Shown in pieces: positions 61,381 through 64,000 of a stretch of 64,000 nt of DNA. This stretch comes from Phoronis australis (Eukaryota; Animalia; Phoronida). Made by a program: the position numbers and the translations under genes. How positions within the stretch are numbered: position 1 is the stretch's first letter; each line of letters starts with the position of its first letter. The stretch spans positions 189,316 to 253,315 of the forward strand of contig NMRA01000573.1 of assembly GCA_002633005.1 (NCBI GenBank). Reading direction: 5' to 3'. The notes below the pieces were generated by a model, which was not told the DNA's origin, searched no databases, and worked only from the letters and a program-made list of their open reading frames with translations.

Positions 61381-64000
61381 CTGCTATTGTTAGGCTAGAG
61401 TAGTAGTTGCGTAATAGGTTGTCAGGCTCATACCACTTTGCGTGTCGATGCATATTCGTCTTAGCACAGGGTCAAATAAATTAACCTAGTTTTGCTGTCT
61501 CGGTTATATGAGTTCACGTCGGTTGTGTAACACCACTACTTCGAAGGTTGAAGGCGAGCGGCATTAGTAAACATTGGATTATGGACAATGCAACAAGTTT
61601 TGGATGAAAAACGTGAAAGTTTTCTTTACATTTGATCTTTAATTTGACTCCTGACGTTAACAAATTGTATTAGATCGGTTGCTTCCCGGTCAATACAACG
61701 CTGTATAGTCATTTTGTAAACGCGGCTGTTTTTCGCAGTCTTCGCCCACAATTGATTTTGTTTGTGTAACGCCAAACTGCATCGTTTTTGCGTGTTTTAA
61801 GTTATTCACCGGTCTCCTATCACGCGCCCATGATGAAGGATTAGTGAGTGAGTTGTTACACCGCGAAGAGTTCTCACTCCGGGGATTTTATTTTCATAGT
61901 ATTGACCCAGCGAAATTCACGGTCCAGTATGCCCTAAACCCATGGACTTCGACGGCTCTAACTTCGAAATCATACTATGACGAACTATGACGGTGACATC
62001 AAACACGGAATGGCCACTGTTGAGGCTACAGCCAATTGTAGCTTTGCGCATTCTGTTTTCATGTATCGGTGACTTTAAAATCTGGGCTAGTTACATGTAC
62101 ACGTAGGCCCCTATCAGTTGGTCGTTCACGTTGTTCCAAAAATAAACACTTTCTGTCAACAACATATTGACAAATTATGTAAAATAAAACAATTGTGAAC
62201 GGGAAGATGTGAGTACGTGGTGAAGAGGTATTTGTCTCTACGCCGCATATGTGCGTGAATCTTTGGTAAAGCGATTGCGATGGCAAAAATGTTAGAAAAT
62301 ACATCAAGGTGCACTTTTGAGAAGCAAAGCGTCTGGTGATATTTATAGCATATGATCTGGCCACCTCAGGTAGTAAGTGACGCTGAATGAGAAGTGGCAA
62401 CTAAAAGTTTGGCTTGTAACGCCACCCCTCCCCGAGTTTTGCCAATTCTAATCAGTCACCACTCGAGATTTGGTTCCGTTTGATTCCTAAAATCACAAAA
62501 TAATTCTTCTGTGCTCAGCTGTAAGAAAAAATACAATTTTTTGAAATGGTGCTCAGTCTTAAAAAAGTTTATGAGAACGCTTTATCAGAAATGCCAAGCA
62601 CACGCAGCGTTGTAAGACAGAGACGTTGGCGTTTCCGTATGTCCACAAAAGTGCTTTGAGCAGTGTTTACAAATTTGTTCATTTCGCTTTTCTACACTGA
62701 CGCATATGGTCAAAACGATGTTTTAAAAAGTACACTTTTGACGGCATTTTCAAAAAATATTTTGGTTGATGAATTCACCGAGTCGGTGCCACGGGCAGAA
62801 AACGTAAAGAAAGTTGCGTTTTCAAAACATTCAGAGCATGAGCTCAAGGACTACCTGAAAAAGAAAATAAAACCGAATGCCAAACAGAAACTTGTCCGTT
62901 GATCATATAGCTCTTGGAAAACTGTTACCCCGAAGAAATGTGCAAAATACGAACGTCATTTACGGAAGGTTGTACCAGAAGTGATTCGTTGCCGCCACGG
63001 GATAGTAAAAACAGTGTGATGTGCAATAGTTAGCTGAATGGAAAGCTGAAGCGGAAAAATTCAGAACACACATTTTTTATTCAGGAATTGAAATCTCTGT
63101 AGAATCAAAAACAATTGACAACCATTATTTATTGCGTCAGAAAACTTATCACGCCAGGAGAGAATTCTTTTCATGAACGGAGACTACGTGGTCACCCATT
63201 ATGCAATGATGGCAATCCAGTGTGTACCTATACATTGGCATCTATTGTAAAACGTGGATTAGACGAAAGAAATTCAACCGCATTTGCAAGATAATATGTC
63301 TTGTGGGCAAGAGGTTGAACATTTAGCCCTTGTTGATACGTATAGTACGAACATTATCACTTTGAATGATCAATGCTTGGGGATGGTGACGGGGTGTTCT
63401 GGCATGTAAAGTTACTGACGTGGTAAGTTTTTGAATGTGGCTTACTAAATTTTCAGTTCGGTCGTATTTTATTTTGATCCTGAAGTGAAGAATTTTTGGT
63501 CCTCACTTGATAAATTATAGGTGCTGATGTGATAAATTTCAGTCTTGACGTGGTGAATTTTAGTCTTTGTTTTTTTTGGTCTTCTGTGTGAAAACAATCT
63601 CAATGTATTGGATTGTTTTAATTCCTGCTTAAGTAAAATTTCTGGTTTTCAGATATTTATCTTTGGTCCTGGAGAGTTAACATGTTATGCTTTGTTTTAA
63701 TCTTGTATAGAAAATATATGTTGTTAAATGTTGCAAATTAGGCCTCCCATAAATGTGAGAGAGCAAGTTGTGTAGCAGCGTTCTGTGTAACTTCTTATAT
63801 AAATCTAGGTGTTCGTGATTTAGTAATACTATGAGAAATGAGTAGTTATGACTATGAAAAATGAGTAGTTGTGGATTCTTTTGAAATACTGTATCCTTTG
63901 TATATGCCTGGTGTAGATGGCTCAGTGTGATACTATGTAAGCCTTATTATCCTCTATGGCTTAACAACTATATATCTTCATTCATGCCTAGAGGTACTCC

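Overview
AT-rich, intron-containing animal DNA, probably from an invertebrate; the species cannot be determined from the sequence. The main finding is a 7.2-kb single-exon ORF (5356-12531, 2391 aa) built like a bacterial AB or polymorphic toxin. Its order is: signal peptide; pro-region with four furin sites; about 11 ricin-B/beta-trefoil modules, with a two-helix hydrophobic hairpin inserted in module 3; a hydrophobic Gly/Ala-rich segment and a Lys-rich segment (candidate translocator); a Cys-RRVRR-x7-Cys furin loop like that of diphtheria toxin; and a C-terminal AID/APOBEC-like zinc deaminase of SNAD type (HVE...SPC-x11-C). After a single-N assembly join at 14742 a second version of the 3' part follows. 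It is about 99% identical across the lectin modules but only about 55-60% identical (by eye) in the deaminase, so it is either a very divergent allele or a tandem paralogue with a diversified toxic tip. The rest of the window holds an 11-coding-exon plus-strand gene (TPR-like helix, coiled coil, Pro-rich and CPI-like tail) and the 3' half of a minus-strand P4-ATPase (ATP11 family) with two candidate alternative C-terminal exons. There is also a decayed Sola3-type transposon, several MITEs and SINEs, and minisatellites. All exon and domain calls were made by eye, without database searches.
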